Shown one piece after another: positions 12,152 to 23,170 of a stretch of DNA of 64,000 nt. The DNA is from Mobula hypostoma. Lineage: Eukaryota. The translations under genes were made by a program, and so were the position numbers. Below the pieces are notes generated by a model, which worked only from the letters and a program-made list of their open reading frames with translations, was not told the origin of the DNA and searched no databases. The stretch is from assembly GCF_963921235.1 (NCBI RefSeq), contig NC_086097.1, positions 184,326,001 through 184,390,000 on the forward strand, given 5' to 3'. Position 1 is the stretch's first letter, and each line of letters starts with the position of its first letter.

Positions 12152-13013
12152 CAAGTTTAAAGGATGGTTATCATTAAAGTATGTATAAATTATATAATCT
12201 TGAGATTCATCTCCTTACAGGCAGCCTCAAAACAAGAAACCAAAAGAATCCCTTTAAAAAAAGACCAACTAACACTGAGTGCGCAGAAAGGAAAAAAATA
12301 CACAAATCATGCAAACAATAAAAGCAAGCGGTAGCATTCAGAATGAAAGTGAGTCCATTGACACGAAGCCCGGAGCCAGCCCATAACCTCAGCATCAGTT
12401 CACCGCACAGCAGGTCTTGCAGACTTGAAGCCTGGAACAGGTGGAGCAGGCCCTTGGCCTCAGTCTCAGTGCAGCGGAGAGCAGAGTAAATGTCGTGGAG
12501 CAGTGAGCAGAACTGGCCTGACACCATGCCTTTTCAATCTGTCTGGCCTGGTGTTTAAATTTTCCAAATACCAGGTCATTCCACGAACTAGAACCTGAGC
12601 CTTGTTGCATCAATACACTATGGGTCTGGATCTCAGCATCACGTTTTGGCCGATTCCTGACCTTTCCAAATCAGCCCGGTGCTTAGATTGAACATATCTC
12701 ACTTTCTGTTTAACTGGACGAGCTCCGAATCTCTGCCACTCCGACTTTTGTCCACTTCACGCGGCCTCACTCTGTCTCAATCATGCCTCAACCTCGCTCC
12801 AACCATTTCTCCTCGAACATACCTCAACCTCACTCCAACTTTGCATTGCACCCACGTGCCTTGACCCTCGATTCAGCCTTGCTTTCGGTCGCCTCTTAAT
12901 TCTTTGTGGTGATCGTTTGCCATGATTTTACACAGAAAAAGTGTTATTAATAAAGTATTGACTTGTATTTCTTGCTTTATGTTGTTGCCCATCTTCAGTA
13001 GCACTATCTTAAA
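12152..13013 (-). mobile_element. Non-autonomous element with Rex1-type head and tail
   Basis: Rex1-type tail at 12152-12360; minus-strand head TTAAGATAGTGCTACTGAAGATGGGCAAC; no RT motifs seen between them. Confidence 0.55.
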
Positions 13014-14459
13014 TGGGGCTGAATCCTGTATAAAGATTTCTAGCACTGCTTACATGTGCAATGTTCATGACAGAGCAATGGATGTCATGGTGATATCAAG
13101 TAATTCTGTGAGTGTATATACCGTGGATGATGGCATATGAATGCATTGTATTATATTTTTGTATAATTTATGAGTAACATATCTTTTGAATAAATAATCT
13201 GATCTCATGTCAAATTCATGTCATGAATTTGATCCAATGTTATGAAATTCCAGAAATAGTTGAAAAATTGGTTTTCATATCCTGTAGACATACACTTTCT
13301 TTAGTTAAATATTTATTGATGCTGCAAAGGTGGATGGTATTTTGAGAGGCAAAAAAATCCTGCCCTGAACTTCAGTTTTACTGTGACTAATATCTCATTA
13401 ATAAAGGATTATTTTTGCCTTTTTCGCAAAAAATTACAGGGCTTCTGGCATAAGAAAATTAGTGTTAAGAAAAGCATTGCATTATTAGCAGGAGTTGATC
13501 AGCAAGAAGGTAATTAATGAGGTTCAGATATTGAGTAACTTGCTCCCTGTTGGGAAAGTTCCCACATTGATCATATGGCTTATAGCCTGAAGAGTGGTTT
13601 CTTTGTTTCTCTGTGATTCATTGTGGGTGCTATTGCCCCTTTGTGTTTCATTCTGTTGGTTAGAAAGGTCTAAGAAGGTCAAATCTGCTATAATCTTGCT
13701 CTGCTCTCTGGAGGATTTTAAAGTGAGTTTGAGAACAGAGAAGTGATGTATTTATAGAATACTTGCAATCTAAAGTTTGTGCCCTTTGATGTGGTAAAGT
13801 ATAGATAATATACAAATTAGTCAGGAACTAGTGGAGTATGTTTTAATTTTGATTGAAAACATTCAAATAAACATCACTAATTTTTGTAGGATTAGAGCAT
13901 AGTGATTTATTTGGTCATTTTTGTAACCTTCAGTTTAAGCTTATGTTTTGCATCATAATTTGCCAAGAACAAGTGGTTAATGGCATAGCAAGGACAGGTG
14001 ATATTAAGGCTATAGTTAAGTCAAGCTGATAATTTGCTCTTTCTCCTGTTTGCACCACGATTACCTGTCATTCCTTTTTTTTCTTCTTTTATTTGTCTCG
14101 TTTTGTTTGCTGGACATGTCCCTGTAGGGCAGACTTCATAACATTTGTAACATACAGCACAGACAAAGGAGGTTACCTGCCCCCTTAATGACTACATTAT
14201 TTCACGCTTTCAGAGAAATTCCCTTTGTTCCACCAGCTTCCTCTCACACCTTCACTGTCAAATCAGAGCTGCATACTGATTAACTTCATGCTCCGGCACT
14301 CCCGCATTCTTCCAGCAAGCGCTGTGTGTTCACCAATATGGAAATAATACAATATGAGGTCAGAGGTTTGACCTCAGGCTTTTGGAGCGCTCAAGGTACC
14401 TTAAAAAAGTTGTGCTACTGAGTCTAATTTTCAATTGTACACTTTAAACTTGTAAATGA

Positions 14460-16220
14460 TTGGACTGAGGCTAAACAAGGCATTTGTCAAACAGTACTTG
14501 GAGAATTGTGAACAGTTTTGCGATCCCTATCTAAGAAAGGGTTTGCTGGCATTGGAAAGGGGGCAGAGGAGGTTCACAGGAATAATCCCAGATATTAGAT
14601 GGTTGATGTATGAGGAGTGTTCCGTGGCTCTGGCCTGTATTTACTGGAGTTTAGAAGAAAGAGGGAAGTCCCATTGAAACAAATCGAATACTGAAAGGTC
14701 TGGATAGAGTGGATGTGGAGAAGCTGTTTTCTATAGTGGGGAGTCTAGGGCCAGAGGACACAACCTCAGAATAAGGGAAGTTTCTTTAGAGTTGAGAAGA
14801 AGTTTCCTTAGCCAGAGGGTGCTGAATCTATAGGACTCATTGGCGTAGCTAAAGACCATAAGACCATAAGATGTAGGAGCAGAGTTAGGCCATTCAGCCC
14901 ATCAAGTCTGTTCTGCCATTCCATCATTGGCTGATCCTGGATCCCACTCAAATCCATACACCTGCCATCTTACCATATCCTTTGATGCCCTCACCGATCA
15001 GGAAACAATCAACTTTTGCCTTAAATATACATACGGACTTGACCTCCATCAGAGTCTGGCAGGGCATTCCACAGATTTACTATTCCTTGGCTAAAAAAAT
15101 TCCATCTTACCTCAGTTCCAAAGGGTCAACCCTCAATTCTGAGCCTGTGCCCTCTAGTTCTGGATAATCTCACCATATGAAACATCCTCTCCACATCCGC
15201 CCTATCTAGTGTTTTCAAGATTCAGGAGGTTTCAATGAGATACCCAATATTCTTCTAAATTCCAGTGAGTACAGGCCCAAAGCTGCCAAAGGCTCCTCAC
15301 ATGTTAACCCCTTCGTTCCCGGAATCATCCTCATCGACCTACTCAGGACTCTCGCCAACAACAACACATCCTTTATGAGATATGAGGTCCAAAACCGTTG
15401 ACAATACTCCAGGTGCGGCCTAATTAGTGTCTTATAAAGGCTCAACATTATCTCCTTGCTTTTATACTCTATTCCCCTTGAAATAAATGCCAACATTGTA
15501 TTTGCCTTCTTTACCACAGACTCAACCTGTAAATTAACCTTCTGGGTATCTTGAACGAGGACTCCTAAGACCCTCTGTACCTCTGATGTTTGAATCTTCT
15601 CCCCATTTAGATAACGGTCCACACTATTGCTCCTTTTACCAAAATGCATCATCATACATTTCCCAACACTGTATTCCACCTGCCACCTTTTTGCCCATTC
15701 TTCCAATTTGTCTAAGTCCTGCTGCAATCGCATTACTTCCTCAGCACTACCTACCCCTCCACCTATCTATGTATTATCCACAAACTTTGTCACAAAGCCA
15801 TCAATTCCATTATCCAAATCATTTACAAACAACGTGAAAAGTAGAAGTCCTAATACTGACCCCTGAGGAACACCACTATTCACCAGCAGCCAACCAGAAA
15901 AGGGCCCTTTTATTCCCACTCTCTGCCTTCTGCCTGTCAGCCATTCCACTATCCATGCCAGTATCTTTCCTGTAATGGCATAGGATTTTATCAGCTAAGT
16001 AGCCTCATACATGGCAGCTTAGCTGTGGAGGCCAAGTCATTGGGTATATTTAAAGTGGAGGTTGATAGGTTTTTGATTAGTAAGGGTGTCAAAAGTTAAG
16101 GGGAGAAGGCAGGAGAATAAGGTTGAAAGGGAAAGTAAATCAGCCATGATGGAATGATGGAATGGCAGAGCAGACGATGGACAGAATGGCCTAGTTCTAC
16201 TCCTATGTCATATGGTCATA
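14460..16220 (+). mobile_element. Old CR1 3' fragment split by a younger CR1
   Basis: LENCEQFCDPYLRK..LALERGQRRFT; sequence resumes at ~16021 (CTGTGGAGGCCAAGTCATTGGG) and runs to the tail CCTATGTCATATGGTCAT. Confidence 0.85.
14852..16020 (-). mobile_element. Younger CR1 nested antisense in CR1
   Basis: ORFs 15215-15733 and 15767-15949 (GVPQGSVLG, LQQDLDKLEEWAKRWQ); AAGACCAT repeat tail at 14852. Confidence 0.92.
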
Positions 16221-17251
16221 AAACAGGTGGAAATGGTCTGCTTCCTGGTTTTATTGCCTCTGGAGGGGGTTGTGGGGTTGTGGGGGGAAAACATGACAAC
16301 ACCTTAGTCTCTGGATGTTTTAAAGTGCCCTGAACATTTGGAAGCAAGCATAGACATGAAGGCTCATTTCCAGTCAATATTTCCTAGTTTATGAAGCAAA
16401 CTTAAATGTCTCTCATTTAGGGACTTTGAGGAACCTATTAAGGCTGCTTTAAATAATTAATAAAATATAAATAATTTTAAATACTTTAGAAAATAAAGAT
16501 AATTACAAGAAGAATATGTTTAAAATGTTAAAAGAAAATAATTTTAAAATAATGAACAGCCTATCTTTTTCTATCTACTTTTCAGAGCAGAATTCATTTT
16601 TGAAGTGAATAGGAATTCTATTCCAAGAAAAGATTTGGCTGGAGAGAGTCAATGTGGTAAATTCCTCAGTAATAATGCTGATCAGAATCTGACATTAAAT
16701 TTCATGTGGAGTCTACTGATGAAGCTGAAGGATAGCTACAGTAATATCTCTGACTCAGCATATGAATTTTCATATGCCCAGGGGTATAATATGCTGTAGA
16801 GAGTGTTTGACTCAGCCCAATACACTGAGAATATCCCTCCACACAAGGAGTACTGCCTCAAAAGAAGGCAATGTCCGTTATCAAAGTTCCTCACCATTTG
16901 GGCCATGTACCTTCTCACAACTACTAGTGGGCATGAGGTACAGAAACATGAAGTCTCACACCATCAGGTTCAAGAAGCATTCCTCCTATGTGTGGCAATA
17001 TTTCATCTGTGAATCCGTCTGGGTTGACTATTATATCTGGTGCTTCCAGCCTGGCCTCCTCTACATTGGTTGGACACGCACAGATTGGTGGACTGATTTG
17101 CTGAGCACCTTCGCTCTGTCCGCCGCAGAAAGGAGGGTCTCCTGGTGGCTACCCATTTCCCATTCCCATATCTTTGTGTGACAATGGCTGCATCTGCTGT
17201 GTCAATGATGCCAAACTGGAGGTTGGAGAAGTACCCATCATATTCTGTCTG

Positions 17252-19195
17252 CCAACGCACATCAAAGTTGCTGGTGAACGCAGCAGACCAGGCAGCATCT
17301 CTAGGAAGAGGTACAGTCGACGTTTCGGGCTGAGACCCTTCGTCAGGACTAACTGAAGGAAGAGCTAGTAAGAGATTTGAAAGTGGGAGCGGGAGGGGGA
17401 GATCTGAAATGATAGGAGAAGACAGGAGGGGGAGGGATGGAGCCAAGAGTTGGACAGGTGATTGGCAAAAGGGATATGAGAGGATCATGGGACAGGAGGC
17501 CCAGGGAGAAAGAAAAGGGGGAGGGGGGAAGCCCAGAGGATGGGCAAGGGGTATAGTGAGAGGGACAGAGGGAGAAAAAGGAGAGAGAGAGAAAGAATGT
17601 GTGTATATAAATAAATAATGGATGGGGTATGAGGGGGAGGTGGAGCATCAGCAGAAGTTAGAGAAGTCAATGTTCATGCCATCAGGTTGGAGGCTACCCA
17701 GACGGAATATAAGGTGTTGTTCCTCCAACCTGAGTGTGGCTTCATCTTTACAGTAGAGGAGGCCGTGGATAGACATATCAGAATGGGAATGGGATGTGGA
17801 ATTAAAATTTGTGGCCATTGGGAGATTCTGCTTTCTCTGGCGGACAGAGCGTAGGTGTTCAGCGAAATGATGTCCCAGTTTGCATCGGGTCTCACCAATA
17901 TATAGAAGTCTGCACCGGGAGCACCGGATGCAGTATATCACCTCAGCGGACTCACAGGTGAAGTGTCGCCTCACCTGGAAGAACTGTCTGGGTCCCTGAA
18001 TGGTTGTGAGGGAGGAAGTTTAAGGACATGTGTAGCACTTGTTCCGCTTAGAAGGATAAGTGCCAGGAGGGAGATTGGTGGGGAGGGATGTGGGGGGAAC
18101 GAATGGACAAGGGAGTCGCGTAGGGAGTGATTCCAGTGGAAAACGGGGGGGGGGGGGGAGGGAAAGATGTGCTTAGTGGTGGATCCCATTGGAGGTGGCG
18201 GAAGTTACGGAGATTTATATGTTGGACCCAGAGGCTGGTGGGGTGGTAGGTGAGGATAAGGGGAACCCTATTCCTAGTGGGTGACGGGAGAATGGAGTGA
18301 GAGCAGATGTGCGTGAAATGGGGGAGATGCGTTTGAGAGCAGAGTTGCTGGTGGAGGAAGGGAAGCCCCTTTCTTTAAAAAAGGAGGACATCTCCCTCGT
18401 CCTAGAATGAAAAGCCTCATCCTGAGAGCAGATGCGGCGGAGATGGAGGAATTGCGAGATGGAGATGGCATTGTTGACAGGGTGAGAAGAGGATTAGTCC
18501 AGATAGCTGTGAAAGTCAGTAGGCTTATAGTAGACATCAGTAGATAAGCTGTCTCCAGAGACAGAGACAGAAAGATCTAGAAAGGGGAGGGAGGTGTCAG
18601 AATTAGACCAGGTAAACTTGAGGGCAGGGTGAAAGTTGGAGGCAAAGTTAGTGAAGTGAACGATCTCAGCATGCGTGCAGGAAGCAGCACCAATGCAGTC
18701 ATCGATGTAGCGAAGGAAAAGTGAGGGACAGATACCAGAATAGGTTAGGAACATAGATTGTTCCACAAAGCCAACAAAAAGGCAGGCATAGTTGGGACCC
18801 ATACAGGTGCCCATGGTCACACCTTTGGTTTGGAGGAAGTGGGAGGAGCCAAAGGAGAAATTATTAAGAGTAAGGACTAATTCCGCTAGACAGAGCAGAG
18901 TGGTGGTAGAGGGGAACTGATTAGGTCTGGAATCCAAAAAGAAGTGGAGAGCTTTGGGACCTTCCTGATGGGGGATGGAAGTATATAGGGACTGGACATC
19001 CATGGTGAAAATAAAGCAGTGAGGGCCAGGGAACTTAAAATCATCGAAAAGTTTCAGAGCGTGAGAAGTGTCACGAACATGGGTAGGAAGGGATTAAACA
19101 AGGGGGGATAAAACAGTGTCGAGGTATGCAGAAATGAGTTCGGTGGGGCAGGAGCAATCTGAGACAATGGGTCTTTTCAGTGGGGCAGGAGCAAG
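17252..19195 (-). mobile_element. Young Neptune-type Penelope-like element (RT and GIY-YIG), 5'-truncated
   Basis: RT motifs MDVQSLYTSIP, GVTMGT, RYIDDC, LPFLDL; GIY-YIG VIYCIRCSRCRLLYIGET; TSD TATTCTGTCTG (17241-17251 / 19196-19206). Confidence 0.95.
17314..17351 (-). ncRNA. Minimal type I hammerhead ribozyme in PLE terminus
   Basis: Minus strand reads TAGTC-CTGACGA-A-GGGT CTCA GCCC-GAAAC-GTC-GACTG, with core boxes, stem I, stem II and the GUC triplet all present. Confidence 0.8.
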
Positions 19196-20036
19196 TATTC
19201 TGTCTGGACAGCCTCAAAACTGATGGCACGTACACCAATTGTTCTAAATTCTGGCAATTTCTACGTATTCCATTCCTCATTCTGGTTACCCTCTCACCCC
19301 CTCTCTTTCCCTCACCTACCCATCTTCTACCTCCAGTTCCCCTTCTCCTTCCCTCTCTTAATGGTCCACTATCCTCTCTTATTCCATTCCTTCTTCTTCA
19401 GCCTTGTTCCTCTTCCACCTATCCACCCCCAGCTTTGTACTTTTCCAACCTTCCATCTCCCCACCATCTTCCATCCTTAGTCTCCCCATTACTTGCCAGC
19501 TTGTATTCTTCCCCCTTCTCCCACCAGCGTATTCTGGCTTCTGTCCCTTTCTTTTCCAATCTTGATGGCTTGGCTCAAAATGCCGACCAATTATTCCCCT
19601 CCATAGATGCTGCTTTATATGTATTCCTCCAGTATTTTGTGTTTGTTGCTCAAGAACAGCTACTTTCCTTCAACCATTCACTTTTTGAACTAATCAGCAT
19701 AATCTTAATCACTACCTCCATATTGTAACACCATATGACCATTTTGATCATTTGGCTCGCCAATGGATTTTTTTTTGTTTTGATTGTGTTCTTAAAGTGC
19801 ATATAATTTTTATCTTTCTGTTTTTTTTTCTTATGGATGCTGTCTATCTGATGTTATGTGCCTGTGCTGCTGCAGCAAATAAGATTATTATTGCAGCTAT
19901 GCACCTGCAGAAGCCCAGGTCTCCATTCTTTGAAGAAACTGACCGGTGTTGTTGTGTGAATAAGGTCACTGGAGAAAAGTTTTAGCAGTTATGACGCAGC
20001 TTTTCTATTCACCAAAGCAAGATACAGCAAGCATCA

Positions 20037-20162
20037 ACACACACAAAATGCTGGGGTAACTCAGCAGGCCAAGAAAAAGAGTACAGTTGACGTTTTGGGG
20101 CAAGGCCCTTCATTTGTGTGTGTTGCTTAGACCTCCAGCATCTGCAGATTTTCTTGTCCTTC
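20037..20162. mobile_element. Fold-back PLE-terminus element with internal deletion
   Basis: Minus arm runs up to the hammerhead core (GGCCCTTCAT), then the plus-arm end with its extension; TSD TACAGCAAGCATCA / TACAGCAGGCATCA (20023-20036 / 20163-20176). Confidence 0.8.
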
Positions 20163-20738
20163 TACAGCAGGCATCATATGGAGACGTTTCGGTGGAGAGG
20201 TTTGGCTGGTCCAACAAGGGGCTTGATAGTTTATGTGCTAAACATCGAAGGAAAATTCCGTATTTACAATGTATCTACAATGCTTTCCTTGAGACTGCAC
20301 ACAAACTTCACAACTCCCAATTCGCAACCACTCCACAGACATCTAAATGAATTTTAATCAGTGGTGTCTGGTCTGTCATTCAAGGCTTTTAGGAAACGTG
20401 TTTTCTGAGTTGCATTTTAAATTAAATCTACGCTTTATATTCCGATTTGAAGATTGGTGGCTGAAGTCATTTGCTAAATGTAAGTGTGCTAACCCAAAAA
20501 CTGACCTAACACCAGCTCTTTCCTTTGGAACATTTGATCACAATGTAAATCACAAAATGGGCATTTCAATCTCTGGGGGCCAGTTGAACTTATTTAACCT
20601 GATCTCACATCAGCATGGACCTCTGAGAGATTCAGTTAACTTTCTTGATGCCATTCAAAACTGGCTCTGAACTAAAATTGTTTTGTACTCAAGGAGCAAT
20701 TCCTTTTTAGCAAAACTCCTTAAAATCTGACTGTGTTT

Positions 20739-20842
20739 TAAGTTTTGAGAGACTCCTGGATGGCTACATGGAGCTTAGAAAAATAGAGGGCTATGGGTAA
20801 AGCCTAGGTAGTTCTAAGGTAGGGCCATGTTCGGCACAGATT
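20739..20842 (+). mobile_element. Tail-less CR1 fragment, inverted copy of 20975-21075
   Basis: About 100 bp with 2 mismatches to the reverse complement of the neighbouring CR1; flanked by a CTGTGTTT direct repeat. Confidence 0.85.
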
Positions 20843-20925
20843 CTGTGTTTCGTCAGAAATTATAAATAACACAAATTAGATATAGAATTTTCATAGGACC
20901 AAGAAAAGTAACTAATGTTATAGAA

Positions 20926-21290
20926 ACATAGAAACATTGAAAACTTACAGCACAATACAGGCCCTTCGGCCCACAAATCTGTGCCGAACATGACCCTACC
21001 TTAGAACTACCTGGGCTTTACCCATAGCCCTCTATTTTTCTAAGCTCCATGTAGCCATCCAGGAGTCTCTCAAAAGACTCTATCGTTTCCACCTCCACCA
21101 TTCTACACACTCACCACTCTGCGTAAAAAACTTACCCCTGACATCTCCTCTGCACCTACTTCCAAGCACCTTAAAACTATGCCCTCTCGAGCTAGACATT
21201 TCAGCTCTGGGGAAAAGCCTCTGACTATCCACACAATCAATGCCTCTCATTATCTTATGCACCTCTGTCAGGTCACCTCTCATCCTCCGT
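20926..21290 (-). mobile_element. Young CR1 3' end
   Basis: MRGDLTEVHKIMRG...FFTQ; ATAGAAAC repeat tail; TSD-like TGTTATAGAA / TGTTATGGAA (20916-20925 / 21291-21300). Confidence 0.9.
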
Positions 21291-22289
21291 TGTTATGGAA
21301 GAGGAAAAAAATGAGGAAGTGTATATAGGTTCAAAATTGAAAAAAAGTGAAAAAAAATAGACACTACAAGAACAAAACTGAAGAAAAATGGAACAAGAAA
21401 TAAAAAGGTACCAGAAAAATGAAAGGGAAATAAAATAAACCAAATTTGTTTTCTGCCCTTCAGGAGCACAAGATATATCAACTGTACTAATTTAATCACT
21501 CCAAACTCTGAGACATTGGAGTCTGCAACGCATGTGAACAATGCTATGGTAAATCTGGTAATAAAACTTTTAACATGAGATAGCTGGTAAAAATATGGCA
21601 ACATTATGCAATGGAGTATCTACTCAATGTACTTACACATGCTATGTTTTTAAGGATGTTCAACTCCCTCGCAAGTTGTTCACTTGCCATTCTAAATAAC
21701 TATCCTGTCTACCTAGATACATGTTTAAATGCACACTGAAAATTACAAATCTCTAATATGTTTGTTCCTAAAAATATGGTGCCATATGTTCAATTTCATT
21801 GGAAAATAAATATTTGAAAATGAGGAATTTATGGCATGGCCAGTGAAGTTCACAAAATTCATTCCAGATTATCCATGTATATAACACTGTAATATATGGA
21901 GTACTCCAGGAATTCGCAATGGCATCTACTAATGTGTAAAATGAATAGTTGAACACCATTTCTTCAGCTGGAAAGTGGAAACAAGGTATTTTCGTTGACA
22001 ACATGTAATAGGTCATTGTGGCACATGTGAGGCTTGCTACGTTGTCACCCTGATTGTTGTAGGTCTGGAGGATTTCAAAGAGACAGAAAAATGCAAGAGT
22101 AATGAAGGGAATTGAAAATGAGCACACTAATTTTAGAATCAAATAATTGCTTAACTGGGATCCTATTTATGCCAATGAATACAAAGAAACTGAATGATAC
22201 GATCTATGACAAATGTGGGAAGGTTTCAGTGTCTTCATTTATAAAAAGTAGAAGATCTTAAAATGACACATTGGTTTATGCATGACATC

Positions 22290-23170
22290 CATAGAGATCA
22301 TTTAATTTCAACAGTGGATTGAGATAGTATGAGGGAAGGCAGTACCAGAATTCAGAATGAAGTATTACAGTTACAGAGAGAGTGTAGAGCAGGCAAATAA
22401 TCAGGTGTAAGGACATAACAAGGATGATTGTGAGGTCAAGAGCATATCTACATACTAGAAGATGGTACAATACTCTTATAACAATGGGATAGAAGTTGTC
22501 CTTGAGGCTGATGGTATCCTGACTGGTTGTATCATGGTCTGCATAGAAATGCAGACAACAGTGGACTCTGCCCAGTATATCCCTTCCACCATCAATAGCA
22601 TCTACAGGCGATGCTACCTCAAGAAGGCAACATCATCATGAAAGATCTCCATCTTTTTGCACCTACCACTAGCAGGAGATCCAGAAGCCCAAAGTTCCAC
22701 ACCGCAAGTTCAAGAATAGCTATTTCTTTTCAACCATGTGGTTCTTGAACCAACCGTTAATACCCTAAACCCTACTACAATATAGCAACACTGACTTACT
22801 GAACTCTTTGCACTAAAATGGACTTCAGTGGCTTTTAATTTTTTGGTTTTAATTGTCTTTTTTCTTGTAAAAGTTGTTTATGATATATGTGTAATTTATT
22901 TTTCACTTGTGAATGCTACCTATGTAATTTTATGTGCCTCTGATGCTGCTGCAGGTAAGTTTTCATTGCATCTGTACCTGTGCATATGGCAATATGCTCA
23001 ACGTTGACTTTGATTTTTCTGTCCGATGAGAGGAAGGAGAAGAAAGAATGCCTGTGGTGGGCATTCTTCGATTATGTTGACTGCTTTACCAAGCCAGCAA
23101 AAATAGGGTCCATGGAGAGGAGGATCATTTTCATGATGTGCTGAGCTGTGCCTACGACTCTCTGCAACGT
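22290..23170 (-). mobile_element. Rex1 3' fragment with a nested antisense Rex1 fragment (22517-23012, plus)
   Basis: Minus-strand Rex1 C-terminus/UTR interrupted by plus-strand ATCCTGACTGGTTGTATCATGGTCTG...TTGACTTTGA. Confidence 0.65.

Larger units (their letters stand above)
16980..19650 (+). mobile_element. Old Penelope-like element (GIY-YIG remnant and terminus), interrupted at 17252-19195
   Basis: FICESVWVDYYIWCFQPGLLYIG remnant; resumes at 19196 with FCLDSLKTDGTYTNCSKFW; decayed hammerhead and terminus at ~19555-19650. Confidence 0.8.
16790..19905 (+). mobile_element. Rex1 3' fragment (16790-16976 and 19650-19905) hosting nested PLEs
   Basis: ...CACCATCAGGTTCAAGAA resumes as TCAAGAACAGCTACTTTCCTTCAACCATTC after the insert. 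Confidence 0.75.

Noticed and set aside
19180-19728. 182-aa Pro/Leu/Ser-rich ORF
   Set aside because: Read-through of the pyrimidine-rich PLE 3' region; a compositional artefact.
21295-21445. A-rich tract and its 103-aa antisense ORF
   Set aside because: Low-complexity sequence; the Phe-rich ORF is an artefact.
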